From Kamptonema formosum PCC 6407 (GTDB lineage Bacteria > Cyanobacteriota > Cyanobacteriia > Cyanobacteriales > Microcoleaceae), in contig NZ_KB235903.1 of the NCBI RefSeq assembly GCF_000332155.1, positions 715,156-779,155 of the forward strand: a stretch of DNA of 64,000 nt. The letters run 5' to 3'. This document shows, in pieces, positions 10,898-20,978 of the stretch (its first letter is position 1; each line of letters opens with the position of its first letter). The position numbers and the translations under genes are program-made. Below the pieces are notes generated by a model. The model ran no database searches. It was not told the origin of the DNA and was given only the letters and a program-made list of their open reading frames with translations.

Positions 10898-12436
10898 ATG
10901 CCTCAGAACAATATAGACAAAATTGACGACCACGTTACACTATTTCATCAGGAAGAATATCAACAGCTATTTGCTGGGAAAAAGGAATTTGAAGGCGGCC
11001 ACAGCCCAGAAGAAGTAACTCGAATTGCAGAATGGACAAAGACTTGGGAATATCGCGAGCAAAACTTTAGCCGCGAAGCTTTAACAGTTAATCCAGCTAA
11101 GGCTTGTCAGCCTCTAGGCGCAATTTTAGCAGCAGTAGGTTTTGAAGCTACCCTGCCCTTTGTTCACGGTTCTCAAGGTTGCGTTGCCTACTTCCGTTCT
11201 CACTTTACTCGTCACTTCAAAGAACCATTTTCAGCAGTGTCTTCTTCAATGACTGAAGATGCAGCGGTCTTTGGCGGACAGAATAATATGATTGATGGCT
11301 TGGCGACTTCTTATAATCTCTACAAGCCAAAGATGATTGCTGTCTGTACTACTTGTATGGCGGAAGTGATTGGGGATGACTTGCAAGCCTTTATTAATAA
11401 TGCCAAGGCTGCAGGTTCTGTTCCTCAAGAATATCCCGTTCCTTACGCTCATACACCTAGCTTTGTCGGCTCCCATATTACGGGTTACGACAATATGATG
11501 AAGGGAATTTTATCGAACCTAACAGCCGGTAAAAAAGCCGAAACGACTAACGGTAAGATTAACTTTATTCCCGGCTTTGAAACTTACATTGGTAACTTGC
11601 GCGAAGTCAAGAGAATTGGCTCTCTAATGGGCATAGACTATACGCTGCTGGCGGATAATTCTGAATATCTAGATTCACCAAATACTGGAGAATACAAAAT
11701 GTATCCCGGCGGTACGCCACTGGCAGAGGCAGCCGATTCCATTAATGCAGAAGCGACGATCGCTTTACAATCTTATTCAACCACTAAAACTCGCGATTAC
11801 ATTGATAGCGAGTGGAAGCAACCTACTTATGTCTGCCGTCCTGTAGGTATCCGGGGAACTGATGAATTCTTGATGAAATTATCGGCTCTGACAGGTAAAC
11901 CAATTCCTCAAGAATTGGAAGACGAACGGGGTCGGGCAGTAGACGCGCTAACGGATTCGCAATCATGGCTGCATGGCAAGCGGGTGGCAATGTATGGCGA
12001 TCCAGATTTGGTGATTGGATTAACCCAATTCCTGCTAGAAATTGGTGCTGAACCTGTGCATATCTTGGTAAGCAATAGCAACAATTTGTTTGAAAAAGAG
12101 TTGCAAGCAATTCTAGATGCTAGCCCCTTTGGTAAGGGTGCAACTATCTGGGGTGGTAAGGATTTGTGGCATCTACGTTCTCTCTTATTCACAGAACCCG
12201 TAGATCTATTAATCGGCAACTCCTACGGCAAGTATCTGTGGCGCGATACCAAAACTCCTTTAGTGCGAATTGGCTATCCTATCTTTGACCGCCACCACCT
12301 GCACCGCTATTCTACTTACGGTTATCAAGGTGCGATCAATTTGCTCAACTGGATTGTAAATACGCTACTTGACGAACTGGATCGCAATACCATTATCCCA
12401 GCGAAGACTGATATTTCCTACGACTTGATTCGATAA
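10898..12436 (+). CDS. nifK: Nitrogenase MoFe protein beta chain NifK
   Basis: [29 protein letters not shown]. Follows nifD. Confidence 0.95.
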   Translation: MPQNNIDKIDDHVTLFHQEEYQQLFAGKKEFEGGHSPEEVTRIAEWTKTWEYREQNFSREALTVNPAKACQPLGAILAAVGFEATLPFVHGSQGCVAYFRSHFTRHFKEPFSAVSSSMTEDAAVFGGQNNMIDGLATSYNLYKPKMIAVCTTCMAEVIGDDLQAFINNAKAAGSVPQEYPVPYAHTPSFVGSHITGYDNMMKGILSNLTAGKKAETTNGKINFIPGFETYIGNLREVKRIGSLMGIDYTLLADNSEYLDSPNTGEYKMYPGGTPLAEAADSINAEATIALQSYSTTKTRDYIDSEWKQPTYVCRPVGIRGTDEFLMKLSALTGKPIPQELEDERGRAVDALTDSQSWLHGKRVAMYGDPDLVIGLTQFLLEIGAEPVHILVSNSNNLFEKELQAILDASPFGKGATIWGGKDLWHLRSLLFTEPVDLLIGNSYGKYLWRDTKTPLVRIGYPIFDRHHLHRYSTYGYQGAINLLNWIVNTLLDELDRNTIIPAKTDISYDLIR

Positions 12437-12577
12437 ATAGGGTGGTGGGCATGGGAAGAGTTTTGAGTTAAAGAACTGAGTTAAAGAACTAATTCTCCTT
12501 ACCTTCCCTGCCTCCCCTTGCCTTTCTCTGCCTCCCCCTGCCTCCCCTGTTCCTCCTCCTCCCTATCTTCAAGTCCT

Positions 12578-12922
12578 ATGACTACTATCACCCACACGCA
12601 CGATAGCCACACGCACGATCGCCACCCTCACGACCATTACCTCGGCCCCAGAGAAAAGTCTGGTTTCGATCCTCTCTTCCTCCTGCGTCGATGGGTGGAT
12701 AGAGTTCCAGTAAGCGATCGCCAATTTGCCCATCTTATTTGCCAGGTAATTCCCTGTTGTTGTCCTTTTGAACGAGATGTTAATCTGTTCGGACACGCCT
12801 ATCACATTCCGCCTCTGTGCAAATTAAACCCTCTGTATGACGAGTTTGTTGGCTTACGCTTCCGCGCTCTTAGTTATCTAGCAGATGTTTGTTTAGAAGA
12901 CATCACAAAATACATCTGCTAA
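12578..12922 (+). CDS. Mo-dependent nitrogenase C-terminal-domain family protein with His-rich N-terminus
   Basis: CQVIPCCCPFERDVNLFGHAYHIPPLCKLNPLYDEFVGLRFRALSYL resembles the cyanobacterial Mo-nitro_C family found between nifK and nifE. The ATG at 12578 is preferred over the TTG at 12518. The N-terminus is THTHDSHTHDRHPHDH. Confidence 0.7.
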   Translation: MTTITHTHDSHTHDRHPHDHYLGPREKSGFDPLFLLRRWVDRVPVSDRQFAHLICQVIPCCCPFERDVNLFGHAYHIPPLCKLNPLYDEFVGLRFRALSYLADVCLEDITKYIC

Positions 12923-13025
12923 GTAGAAAAGTTTTGAGTTATGAAGCGAGGAAAAGTCCTTAAAATTCTTTAATTCAAAACTCAAAACTCCTAACTCCTA
13001 ACTATTCTCTTTCCCCCTGACTCCT

Positions 13026-14408
13026 ATGAAGATTACTCAAGGAAAAATTAACGAACTCCTCAGCGAGCCAGGTTGCGAACACAATCATCACAAGCATGGG
13101 GAAAAAAAGAAGAAAGCCTGCCAACAACAAGCCCAACCTGGTGCGGCTCAAGGAGGATGTGCTTTCGATGGGGCGATGATTGCTCTAGTACCTATTACCG
13201 ATGTGGCACACTTGGTTCACGGGCCGATCGCCTGTGCGGGCAATTCTTGGGGAAGTCGAGGCAGTCTTTCCTCTGGTTCTCATCTTTATAAGATGGGTTT
13301 TACTACCGATCTGAGTGAGAATGATATCATTTTTGGTGGCGAGAAACGGCTCTACAAAGCTATTTTGGAAGTCCAAGAACGCTATCAACCAGCAGCAGTT
13401 TTTGTTTACTCCACTTGTGTTACTGCCTTGATCGGAGATGACTTAGATTCCGTTTGCGAAGCTGCGGCGAAGAAGATAGGAACTCCTGTAATTCCTGTTA
13501 ATTCTCCGGGATTTATTGGGAGTAAAAACTTAGGGAATCGAGTAGGTGGAGAATCGCTATTAGAGTATGTAATCGGGACTGCGGAACCTGAATTTACCAC
13601 GCCCTATGACATTAACCTCATTGGCGAATACAATATCGCTGGGGAATTGTGGGATGTAATGCCACTGTTTGAAAAACTAGGCATTCGCGTGCTGGCAAAG
13701 ATGACTGGGGATGCTAGGTATCAGGAAATTTGTTACGCTCACCGAGCCAAACTAAATGTCACAATTTGCTCGAAAGCACTGATCAATATTGCTCGGAAAA
13801 TGGAGGAACGCTACGGCATTCCCTACATTGAAGAGTCTTTTTACGGGGTGGAAGATGTCAACCGTTGCTTGCGAAATATTGCTCTGAAATTAGGCGATCG
13901 CACATTGCAAGCACGAGTAGAAGCACTAATCGCTGAAGAAACCGCCCAGCTCGATCGGGATTTAGCCCCCTATCGCGCTCGACTCAAGGGCAAGCGGGTA
14001 GTGCTCTACACAGGTGGGGTGAAGAGTTGGTCAATTATCTCTGCTGCCAAAGACTTAGGGATGGAAGTAGTCGCCACCAGCACCAAGAAAAGCACAGAGG
14101 AAGACAAAGCCCGGATTCGGGAATTGCTGGGCGCGGAGGGGATCATGATGGAAAAGGGCAATGCCCAGGAATTGCTGAAAGTGATTGCCCAAACCAAGGC
14201 CGATATGTTGATTGCCGGGGGGCGCAATCAATACACAGCCCTAAAAGCTCGCATTCCTTTTCTAGATATCAATCAAGAACGCCACCATTCCTATGCCGGA
14301 TATGCAGGCATGGTATCGATGGCCAGAGAGTTAGAAGAAGCTCTCTACAGCCCAATTTGGGAGCAACTTCGCCAACCGGCACCCTGGGAAAAAGAGGAGG
14401 CAATCTGA
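13026..14408 (+). CDS. nifE: FeMo-cofactor scaffold NifE
   Basis: NifD-like: [26 protein letters not shown]. Precedes nifN. Confidence 0.9.
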   Translation: MKITQGKINELLSEPGCEHNHHKHGEKKKKACQQQAQPGAAQGGCAFDGAMIALVPITDVAHLVHGPIACAGNSWGSRGSLSSGSHLYKMGFTTDLSENDIIFGGEKRLYKAILEVQERYQPAAVFVYSTCVTALIGDDLDSVCEAAAKKIGTPVIPVNSPGFIGSKNLGNRVGGESLLEYVIGTAEPEFTTPYDINLIGEYNIAGELWDVMPLFEKLGIRVLAKMTGDARYQEICYAHRAKLNVTICSKALINIARKMEERYGIPYIEESFYGVEDVNRCLRNIALKLGDRTLQARVEALIAEETAQLDRDLAPYRARLKGKRVVLYTGGVKSWSIISAAKDLGMEVVATSTKKSTEEDKARIRELLGAEGIMMEKGNAQELLKVIAQTKADMLIAGGRNQYTALKARIPFLDINQERHHSYAGYAGMVSMARELEEALYSPIWEQLRQPAPWEKEEAI

Positions 14409-14409
14409 A

Positions 14410-15708
14410 ATGGCTACGATCGCAACTCCCAAAAAATCAGTGGCGGTGAATCCGCTTAAACAAAGTCAGCCTTTGGGCGCTACTCTAGCGTTTTTGGGGC
14501 TCAAAGGGATGATGCCTCTACTGCACGGTTCTCAAGGATGTACTGCCTTTGCCAAGGTAACGCTAGTGCGACATTTCCGAGAAGCAATTCCGCTGGCGAC
14601 TACGGCAATGACGGAAGTAACCACGATTCTAGGTGGAGAGGAAAATGTAGAACAGGCAATTCTGACTTTGGTGGAAAAAGCTCAGCCACTAATGATCGGT
14701 TTGTGTACGACGGGATTGACGGAAACGCGAGGTGATGACATGGAGGGTATTCTCCGCACCATCCGCAAGCGCCACCCGCAATTATACGATTTGCCGATTG
14801 TGTTTGTCTCTGCACCGGACTTTCAAGGAGCATTACAAGATGGCTTTGCCGCTGCGGTAGAAAGCATGATGCGCGAACTTCCCCAAGTTGGGGAAACGCG
14901 ATCGCATCAGGTGACGCTACTGGTTAGTTCCGCCTTTTCCCCTGGAGACGTGCAAGCAGTCAAGGAAATCATCGCTGCTTTTGGACTAACTGCGATCGCA
15001 GTTCCCGATCTATCCACCTCCCTAGACGGTCATTTGGAAGACTCCTACAGCGCGGTGACAGGTGGGGGTACAACTCTACCAGAACTCCGGGCAATTGGTA
15101 GTTCTATTTATACCTTGGCCCTGGGCGAGAGTATGCGCGAGAGTGCGACGATCCTGGAAAAGCAGTTTGGGATTCCATTTGAGGTGTTTCCCCACTTAAC
15201 CGGATTAGCCGCTGTCGATGAGTTTTTACAAGCGCTTTCGGATCTCAGCGGCGTGGATGTGCCAGCAAAATACTGCCACCAACGCCGTCAGTTGCAGGAT
15301 GCGATGTTGGATACTCATTTCTACTTTGGACACAAGCGCGTCTCTTTAGCACTAGAACCGGATTTATTGTCTGCAACTGTCTGGTTATTGAAGGGGATGG
15401 GGGCAGAAATTCAGGCAGCAGTGACGACGACGCGATCGCCCCTGCTAGAAAAACTCCCAGTAGAAACAGTGACAATTGGCGATTTGGAAGATTTTGAGCA
15501 ACTGGCAGCAGGTTCAGATTTGTTGATTACCAACTCTCACGGCGCAGGAATATCTCGTCGCCTCCAGATTCCCCTCTATCGTCAAGGTTTCCCCATTTAC
15601 GATCGCTTGGGTAACGGTCAGCGTTGCACTGTCGGCTATCAGGGAACTACACAGCTTTTGTTTGATATCGGCAATTTATTTTTAGAGCAAGAAGAATCAA
15701 GCGATTGA
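14410..15708 (+). CDS. nifN: FeMo-cofactor scaffold NifN
   Basis: NifK-like: PLGATLAFLGL, HGSQGCTAFAK, CTTGLTETRGDD. The ATG lies 1 nt after the nifE TGA. Confidence 0.9.
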   Translation: MATIATPKKSVAVNPLKQSQPLGATLAFLGLKGMMPLLHGSQGCTAFAKVTLVRHFREAIPLATTAMTEVTTILGGEENVEQAILTLVEKAQPLMIGLCTTGLTETRGDDMEGILRTIRKRHPQLYDLPIVFVSAPDFQGALQDGFAAAVESMMRELPQVGETRSHQVTLLVSSAFSPGDVQAVKEIIAAFGLTAIAVPDLSTSLDGHLEDSYSAVTGGGTTLPELRAIGSSIYTLALGESMRESATILEKQFGIPFEVFPHLTGLAAVDEFLQALSDLSGVDVPAKYCHQRRQLQDAMLDTHFYFGHKRVSLALEPDLLSATVWLLKGMGAEIQAAVTTTRSPLLEKLPVETVTIGDLEDFEQLAAGSDLLITNSHGAGISRRLQIPLYRQGFPIYDRLGNGQRCTVGYQGTTQLLFDIGNLFLEQEESSD

Positions 15709-15786
15709 AAAGGTTAGATTAACTCCGCATCATTTGGCTTGGTTATGCTCTTTCTTCTCTTTCATTTTCTCATGAGGAGGCAAGCA

Positions 15787-16191
15787 ATGAAAATTGCATT
15801 CACGACTAGCGATCGCGTTCACATCAATGCTCACTTTGGTTGGGCAAAAAAGATTGATGTCTATGAAGTTTCAACTGAGGGTTATCAATTCTTAACAACT
15901 CTCAAGTTCGAGGGCGATCTCAAAGAAGATGGTAATGAAGACAAACTCTTACCCAAAATTGAGGCCCTCGCCGACTGCACAATTGTTTATGTTTCAGCAA
16001 TTGGTGGTAGTGCTGCCGCCCGGTTAATCAAAAAGCGGATCACTCCCATTAAAGCCCAATCGGAAGAGCAAGAAATTAGCGATGTCCTCGAAAAGTTAGT
16101 CACAACTTTGAAGGGAAATCCACCGCCTTGGCTGCGAAAAGTCTTGCAACAGTCCAACCATTTCCCCCAAGAAGAATTAGAGTTAAATTAG
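15787..16191 (+). CDS. nifX: NifX
   Basis: KIAFTTSDRVHINAHFGWAKKIDVYEV (dinitrogenase FeMo-co binding fold). The ATG at 15787 is preceded by gaggagg. The track ORF start at 15739 is rejected. Confidence 0.85.
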   Translation: MKIAFTTSDRVHINAHFGWAKKIDVYEVSTEGYQFLTTLKFEGDLKEDGNEDKLLPKIEALADCTIVYVSAIGGSAAARLIKKRITPIKAQSEEQEISDVLEKLVTTLKGNPPPWLRKVLQQSNHFPQEELELN

Positions 16192-16205
16192 AGGAGATTT
16201 ACCCA

Positions 16206-16664
16206 ATGAATGCAACTGAAACCGCCACCGAGAACACCTCATCTGATGTCATTAAGCATCCCTTTCTTCAGGAACTATTACGGCAAATCCGAGCCGAGGA
16301 TTCCTACGGTTTTTACCGCAATTGGTCGGATGAACTCATCCTCAAACCTTTTGTAGTCACCAAGCAAGAAAAGCGCAAAATCCCAGTGGATGGCGATGTT
16401 GAGCCTAATACCAAAGGACGCATTCAATTATTTTATCGCGCGATCGCAGCTCGGATTGAAAAAGAAAGCGGGCTACTTTCTCAGATAGTAATTGATTTAA
16501 GTCACGAAGGCTTTGGCTGGGCATTAGTCTTTTCTGGCCGTCTCCTACTGGTTGCTAGAACCTTGCGCGATGCTCAACGCTTCGGTTTTGACTCCTTAGA
16601 AAAGCTAGCAGAAGAAGGAGAAAAGCTCACCTTATCGGGAATTGAACTAGGTAAATCCTATTGA
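16206..16664 (+). CDS. NifX-associated nitrogen-fixation protein (DUF269 family)
   Basis: GFGWALVFSGRLLLVARTLRDAQRFGFDSLEKLAEEGEKL and the position immediately after nifX. The ATG at 16206 is preferred. Confidence 0.75.
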   Translation: MNATETATENTSSDVIKHPFLQELLRQIRAEDSYGFYRNWSDELILKPFVVTKQEKRKIPVDGDVEPNTKGRIQLFYRAIAARIEKESGLLSQIVIDLSHEGFGWALVFSGRLLLVARTLRDAQRFGFDSLEKLAEEGEKLTLSGIELGKSY

Positions 16665-16675
16665 GGAGAACTGTC

Positions 16676-17548
16676 ATGTTACATCTCACACCTACTGAGT
16701 TAGAACGCTACCGTCGCCAAATTATGCTTCCTGGTTTTGGGGAAGAGGCTCAAAAACGATTGAAGTCATCAACAGTATTGGTGACAGGTGTCGGTGGATT
16801 AGGTGGCACTGCTGCACTTTATTTAGCAGTAGCAGGAGTTGGGCGATTAATCCTAGTTCGAGGTGGAGAATTGCGCCTTGATGACATGAATCGCCAGATT
16901 TTGATGACTGACGATTGGGTAGGTAAGCCTAGAGTATTTAAAGCCAAAGAAACACTAGAGGAAATCAATCCTGATGTCCAAGTAGATGCAATTTTTGAGT
17001 ATGTTACACCCGAAAATGTAGATACTTTGGTACAAGCTGCCGATATTGTCCTCGACTGCGCTCATAACTTCATTGAACGCGACTTGTTAAATGCTGCCTG
17101 CGTGCAATGGGATAAGCCAATGGTAGAAGCAGCCATGAACGACATGGAGGCATATTTAACCACAATTGTACCGGGCGAAACTCCTTGTTTATCTTGCATT
17201 TTTCCCGAAAAACCTGATTGGGATAAGCGCGGTTTTGGCGTAATCGGTGCAGTATCTGGAACTCTAGCTTGTCTGACAGCACTAGAGGCAATTAAGCTAC
17301 TGGCAGGAATTGGCAAACCGTTACTTTCTCAATTGTTAACGATGGATTTAGGCAGTTTGGAATTTGCGAAACGTCGTCCTTATCACGATCCAAATTGTCC
17401 AGTTTGTAGCCACAAGAGTAGAGACAAATTGGAAAGCAAGTTGAATCAAAAATTCCCAACTCCAAATCCTTCTAGGTCGAGTGCAACCAAACGGGAAAAA
17501 CCGGGTATTCCTCTCCCCCAAAATTCCTTGCCAATCGCTATTTCGTAG
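16676..17548 (+). CDS. hesA: HesA (MoeB/ThiF-family adenylyltransferase)
   Basis: YRRQIMLPGFGEEAQ, VTGVGGLGGTAALYLAVAGVGRLILV, and the CLSC and CPVC pairs. The ATG at 16676 follows a gaggag RBS. Confidence 0.85.
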   Translation: MLHLTPTELERYRRQIMLPGFGEEAQKRLKSSTVLVTGVGGLGGTAALYLAVAGVGRLILVRGGELRLDDMNRQILMTDDWVGKPRVFKAKETLEEINPDVQVDAIFEYVTPENVDTLVQAADIVLDCAHNFIERDLLNAACVQWDKPMVEAAMNDMEAYLTTIVPGETPCLSCIFPEKPDWDKRGFGVIGAVSGTLACLTALEAIKLLAGIGKPLLSQLLTMDLGSLEFAKRRPYHDPNCPVCSHKSRDKLESKLNQKFPTPNPSRSSATKREKPGIPLPQNSLPIAIS

Positions 17549-17658
17549 ATGTTCTCTGCATCTAATTTCTGAAGTTAATCTCTACTTCCTCAGAATTAAA
17601 ACTGGGTAAAATTTACCCGATTAGCTATTAACCCTTACCAAATCTCTTAGGAGTCTTT

Positions 17659-18030
17659 ATGACAGTTACATTAACAGAAGTGGCCGAATTGCGGCTTCGC
17701 GCCTTTCTACAAGGTTCTAGCAAAGCTGAAAATCAGGCACAACGGGGAGTTCGATTTTCCATTGTGGATGGAGGCTGTAGCGGTTATCAATATTCTTTGG
17801 ATATTATCAACGAACCAAAGCCAGATGATGTGCTGGAACAACAGGGGAAAATCCGAGTATATATTGACAAGGAAAGCGCACCTTTATTGGAAGGTGTTGT
17901 AGTTGATTACGTTGAAGGTTTAACTCAAAGTGGCTTTAAGTTTTTAAACCCTAATGCTACTGATACCTGCGGCTGCGGTCAATCTTTCCAAGCAGGAAAT
18001 TGTACTCCTACAGGTGTGCCTTGTAGCTAA
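17659..18030 (+). CDS. hesB: HesB/IscA-type Fe-S cluster assembly protein
   Basis: FSIVDGGCSGYQY and C-terminal CGCGQSF. Confidence 0.85.
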   Translation: MTVTLTEVAELRLRAFLQGSSKAENQAQRGVRFSIVDGGCSGYQYSLDIINEPKPDDVLEQQGKIRVYIDKESAPLLEGVVVDYVEGLTQSGFKFLNPNATDTCGCGQSFQAGNCTPTGVPCS

Positions 18031-18073
18031 CCTTTCGCTGATTTTTTCTTTTTCGATTTCAAGGAATTGACAA

Positions 18074-18373
18074 ATGGCAACTTATAATGTGCGGCTGATC
18101 AACAAGAAGCGAGAAATTGATGTTACTATCCCTGTTGAGGATGATAAATACATTCTGACAGCGGCAGAAGAACATGATATAGAGTTACCTTTTTCCTGTA
18201 GTTCTGGTTCTTGTTCTAGCTGTGTTGGTAAACTAATGGAAGGCAAAGTCGATCAATCAGAGCAGGTGTTTTTAGAGGACGAACAAATAGAAAAAGGATT
18301 TGTTCTTCTCTGCGTAGCTTATCCCCGTTCTGATTGTACGATTCGTACTCACCAAGAAGCTTATCTGGTCTAA
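18074..18373 (+). CDS. fdxH: Plant-type [2Fe-2S] ferredoxin, nif-cluster type (FdxH)
   Basis: 99 aa, [13 protein letters not shown] ... LLCVAYP. Follows hesB as in other cyanobacterial nif clusters. Confidence 0.85.
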   Translation: MATYNVRLINKKREIDVTIPVEDDKYILTAAEEHDIELPFSCSSGSCSSCVGKLMEGKVDQSEQVFLEDEQIEKGFVLLCVAYPRSDCTIRTHQEAYLV

Positions 18374-18540
18374 TTTATCTCTGGTCGATTTAGTCTGTTG
18401 GGCGCATCAGTTGCGGGATTGCTAGTAAGCAATTGGTGCAACCGACAAGTATTCGCACCGAGAATAGAGCAGATGTTTAAACAGAGTAAATTCAATCCCA
18501 AATCTCAACTTGATTAGACTATTGAAGGAGACACTTAACC

Positions 18541-18837
18541 ATGACGACATTAACCGGTTTGACTTTTGGCGGTACTACCTGGACACCCCAATTTGTGGAA
18601 GAAATTAACCAAGATAAATGTATTGGCTGTGGCAGATGTTTTAAAGCTTGTGGTCGCAATGTATTACAGCTAAGAGCCCTGAATGAAGATGGAGAATTTG
18701 TTGAAAATGAGGAAGAGGATGAGATTGAACGGAAAGTGATGAGTATTATTCATCCCGAATACTGTATTGGCTGTGAAGCTTGTTCGCGAGTTTGCCCCAA
18801 AAATTGTTACACTCACAGTTCGCTCGTCCAAGCTTAA
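18541..18837 (+). CDS. fdxB: 2x[4Fe-4S] ferredoxin (nif-specific ferredoxin III, FdxB-like)
   Basis: Two cluster motifs, [11 protein letters not shown] and [12 protein letters not shown]. Confidence 0.75.
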   Translation: MTTLTGLTFGGTTWTPQFVEEINQDKCIGCGRCFKACGRNVLQLRALNEDGEFVENEEEDEIERKVMSIIHPEYCIGCEACSRVCPKNCYTHSSLVQA

Positions 18838-18853
18838 ATCACTGCTAATACTG

Positions 18854-19495
18854 ATGGAAGAGGGAGAAAAAAGTCAAGTTTTTGACCGAGATTGGACTGC
18901 TTATTATCAAGCAGTTGCGGGTCGCTCTCCACGCCCAACTTTACTAACAGCTTTAGCCAGATTTGAAACAGAGCAATCTTTTAATTCAAATCCTTTTGCT
19001 ATAGACCTTGGTTGTGGGGATGGGCGAGATACGATAGAGTTGCTGAAACGCGGGTGGCGGGTATTAGCAATTGACGGTCAAGTAGATGCAATTACTCGTT
19101 TACGTAACCGTTTAGATGTTGATTTTAAACTTCTAGAAACCCGAGTTGAGCGTTTTGAATTAGTTACTCTACCGGATTCAGTAGATTTGGTTAATGCTAG
19201 TTTTTCTCTCCCTTTTTGCCCCCCGGCTAATTTCTCTGAACTGTGGGAAAAAATAGCCACTTGTTTGAGGGAAGGAGGGCGTTTTTCTGGACATTTCTTT
19301 GGTGAACGAGACTCATGGGCAGATCGTAGTTATATGACTCATGTTACTCGTAAACAATTGACAGATTTGCTACAAAATTGCTGGAAGATTGAGGTATTTG
19401 AGGAAGAAGAGCATTTAGGAACAACCCCTTTGGGGGAGGAGAGATACTGGCATATTTTTCATATTGTAGCACGTAAACATCTCGAAAAATTTTAG
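18854..19495 (+). CDS. Class I SAM-dependent methyltransferase
   Basis: IDLGCGDGRDTIELLKRGWRVLAIDG (motif I). The ATG at 18854 is preferred; the longer track ORF would overlap fdxB. Confidence 0.65.
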   Translation: MEEGEKSQVFDRDWTAYYQAVAGRSPRPTLLTALARFETEQSFNSNPFAIDLGCGDGRDTIELLKRGWRVLAIDGQVDAITRLRNRLDVDFKLLETRVERFELVTLPDSVDLVNASFSLPFCPPANFSELWEKIATCLREGGRFSGHFFGERDSWADRSYMTHVTRKQLTDLLQNCWKIEVFEEEEHLGTTPLGEERYWHIFHIVARKHLEKF

Positions 19496-19502
19496 GTAAA
19501 TT

Positions 19503-19769
19503 ATGACAGCACAACGCGAAGAGCTTTACATGAATTTGATTGATAAACTGTTACATTGTCCCAATGGCAAAGAACCAGAGGTATTAGATAGTCATCAAGA
19601 TTTGATTGATGCTGGTTTAATACAAGCTATGGCAAAAGTAGCGGCATACTTTGCTCACCATGATAATCCAGACGCATCTAAGTTCTTAATTCATGTTGCC
19701 CGTGAATTGTCAAAACAGTTAGGATTATATACCGAACCTAATCAAGTTGCCCCCACTGAAAATATCTGA
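19503..19769 (+). CDS. Small conserved hypothetical protein
   Basis: 88-aa ORF 8 nt after the methyltransferase stop. LLHCPNGKEPEVLDSHQDLIDAGLIQAM resembles an N-terminal module I have seen on large cyanobacterial repeat proteins. Confidence 0.4.
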   Translation: MTAQREELYMNLIDKLLHCPNGKEPEVLDSHQDLIDAGLIQAMAKVAAYFAHHDNPDASKFLIHVARELSKQLGLYTEPNQVAPTENI

Positions 19770-19805
19770 ATATTTCCCGTGTTTTTAGACCGGGAATCTC
19801 AAAAA

Positions 19806-19858
19806 TTTACACATAAACCAGAGTTGAAACACTTTTAGCAATCTGGTTTATGTGTAAA
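19806..19858. terminator. 17-bp perfect hairpin between convergent genes (candidate bidirectional terminator)
   Basis: tttacacataaaccaga (19806-19822) pairs with tctggtttatgtgtaaa (19842-19858). There is an A-run on the left side (a T-run on the minus strand). Confidence 0.45.
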
Positions 19859-19896
19859 TTATAGGTATGTAAATTATAAGTATGTAAATTATACAG

Positions 19897-20002
19897 GACT
19901 TATGCACCTAACCAAAGAAACCGGGTTTTTTGACGAAAATACTTCGTTGTTACCCACCGATGATCTCAAAAACCCGGTTTCTGGAGCCATGAGCGTAAGT
20001 CC
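19897..20002. repeat. Foldback element with AGAAACCGGGTTT inverted termini (copy 1)
   Basis: ggacttatgc...aagaaaccgggtttttt...aaaaacccggtttctgg...gcgtaagtcc. A second copy lies at 24872-24957. Confidence 0.5.
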
Positions 20003-20015
20003 TATTATATAGGTA

Positions 20016-20225
20016 TTAATCAACAGCAATAATTAAATCTGATGCCTTAATTACTGCGTAAGCTTCTTTGCCTTCTACTATTTCTAGATTGGCAGCAGAT
20101 GCTTTTGTGATAATGGCAACTACTTCAAGTTCAGGAGCAATTTCTAGCGTTACTTCAGCATTAACTGCTCCCACCAATACTTGTTTTACTTTAGCTTTGA
20201 GAACGTTACGAGCGCTAATTTTCAT
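20016..20225 (-). CDS. mop: Molybdenum-pterin-binding protein Mop (TOBE domain)
   Basis: 69 aa: MKISARNVLKAKVKQVLVGAVNAEVTLEIAP...AYAVIKASDLIIAV. Confidence 0.8.
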   Translation of the reverse strand: MKISARNVLKAKVKQVLVGAVNAEVTLEIAPELEVVAIITKASAANLEIVEGKEAYAVIKASDLIIAVD

Positions 20226-20978
20226 TTTTCGAGCTTACCTGGTATTTTCATTAATATTGTATCACCCAAATCTATATTCCAATTGTAATTAAATTTACAT
20301 TTGAAGGTGTTGTTTCTACAAGTTGAGCCTGAAGTTTTTGTTTGTTTATAAATATTGTTTGCAATAACATTTATTTACTTCAAATAAATGCTTAATAAAT
20401 AACTTTAAAAACAGAGGCAGTAAAATTTAGTTGAATAATCCACATTAAATTGTCACAAATATTTTCCCGATTACTCCTACCTTGTATCGTTGCAATACTG
20501 CCATAATTAGTCAAACAGTCAAACACTAATCAAACAATTCATTATTGACTTGTTTAAAGCCATATTCACTCAACTTTATTAAGCTATAAAGTTGAGAAAC
20601 TACTACTTGAATCTTACTTTCCAGATTCGTCATAATATACCATTAGCATTTCATAAAAAATTTTTTCAGAGTTGAATTTTGAGAATCATCGACCATTGCT
20701 GTTATTGTGAGAACTAAGTAGATTAGCGGGAAAATACATTAAGTATGTCATTCCGAGTGAAACGTTGACGTAGCCTGCCCGTTAGGGCTTAGCAATCCCA
20801 ACGGCGAGGATAGCTTTACATTCTGTTACATACCAAGATTGCTCTGCACCTATCTACTTAACTAGAACCAAACTTACACATTAATGTGTCAAACTCAGAT
20901 CACCCGAACTCTTCTTAAAATGGGTTTAAGGAATATCTCTGGGTAAGTCCTACATCAAATACTTTGGAGAACAGAATT

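Noticed and set aside
9406-12219. Multiple 60-120-aa ORFs antisense to or out of frame with nifD and nifK (for example 9406-9639 -, 9712-10071 -, 9749-10039 +, 11823-12110 -, 11908-12219 -)
   Set aside because: They lie entirely inside strongly supported nif genes, have no recognisable motifs, and look like shadow frames. The same reasoning applies to similar shadow ORFs within nifB, nifS, nifE, nifN, hesA, the EF-hand gene, the SPFH gene, the kinases and the ATPase.
18767-18853. Longer start for the methyltransferase ORF that overlaps the 3' end of fdxB by 70 nt
   Set aside because: The extension ([14 protein letters not shown]...) is simply the fdxB region read in another frame. The ATG at 18854 gives a normal non-overlapping gene.
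20700-20830. tRNA-like or other structured RNA in the spacer upstream of the EF-hand gene (gtcattccgagtgaaacgttgacgtagcctgcccgttagggcttagcaatccc)
   Set aside because: No cloverleaf could be folded, with no acceptor/T-arm pairing and no GTTC-type T-loop. It resembles a generic cyanobacterial dispersed repeat fragment.
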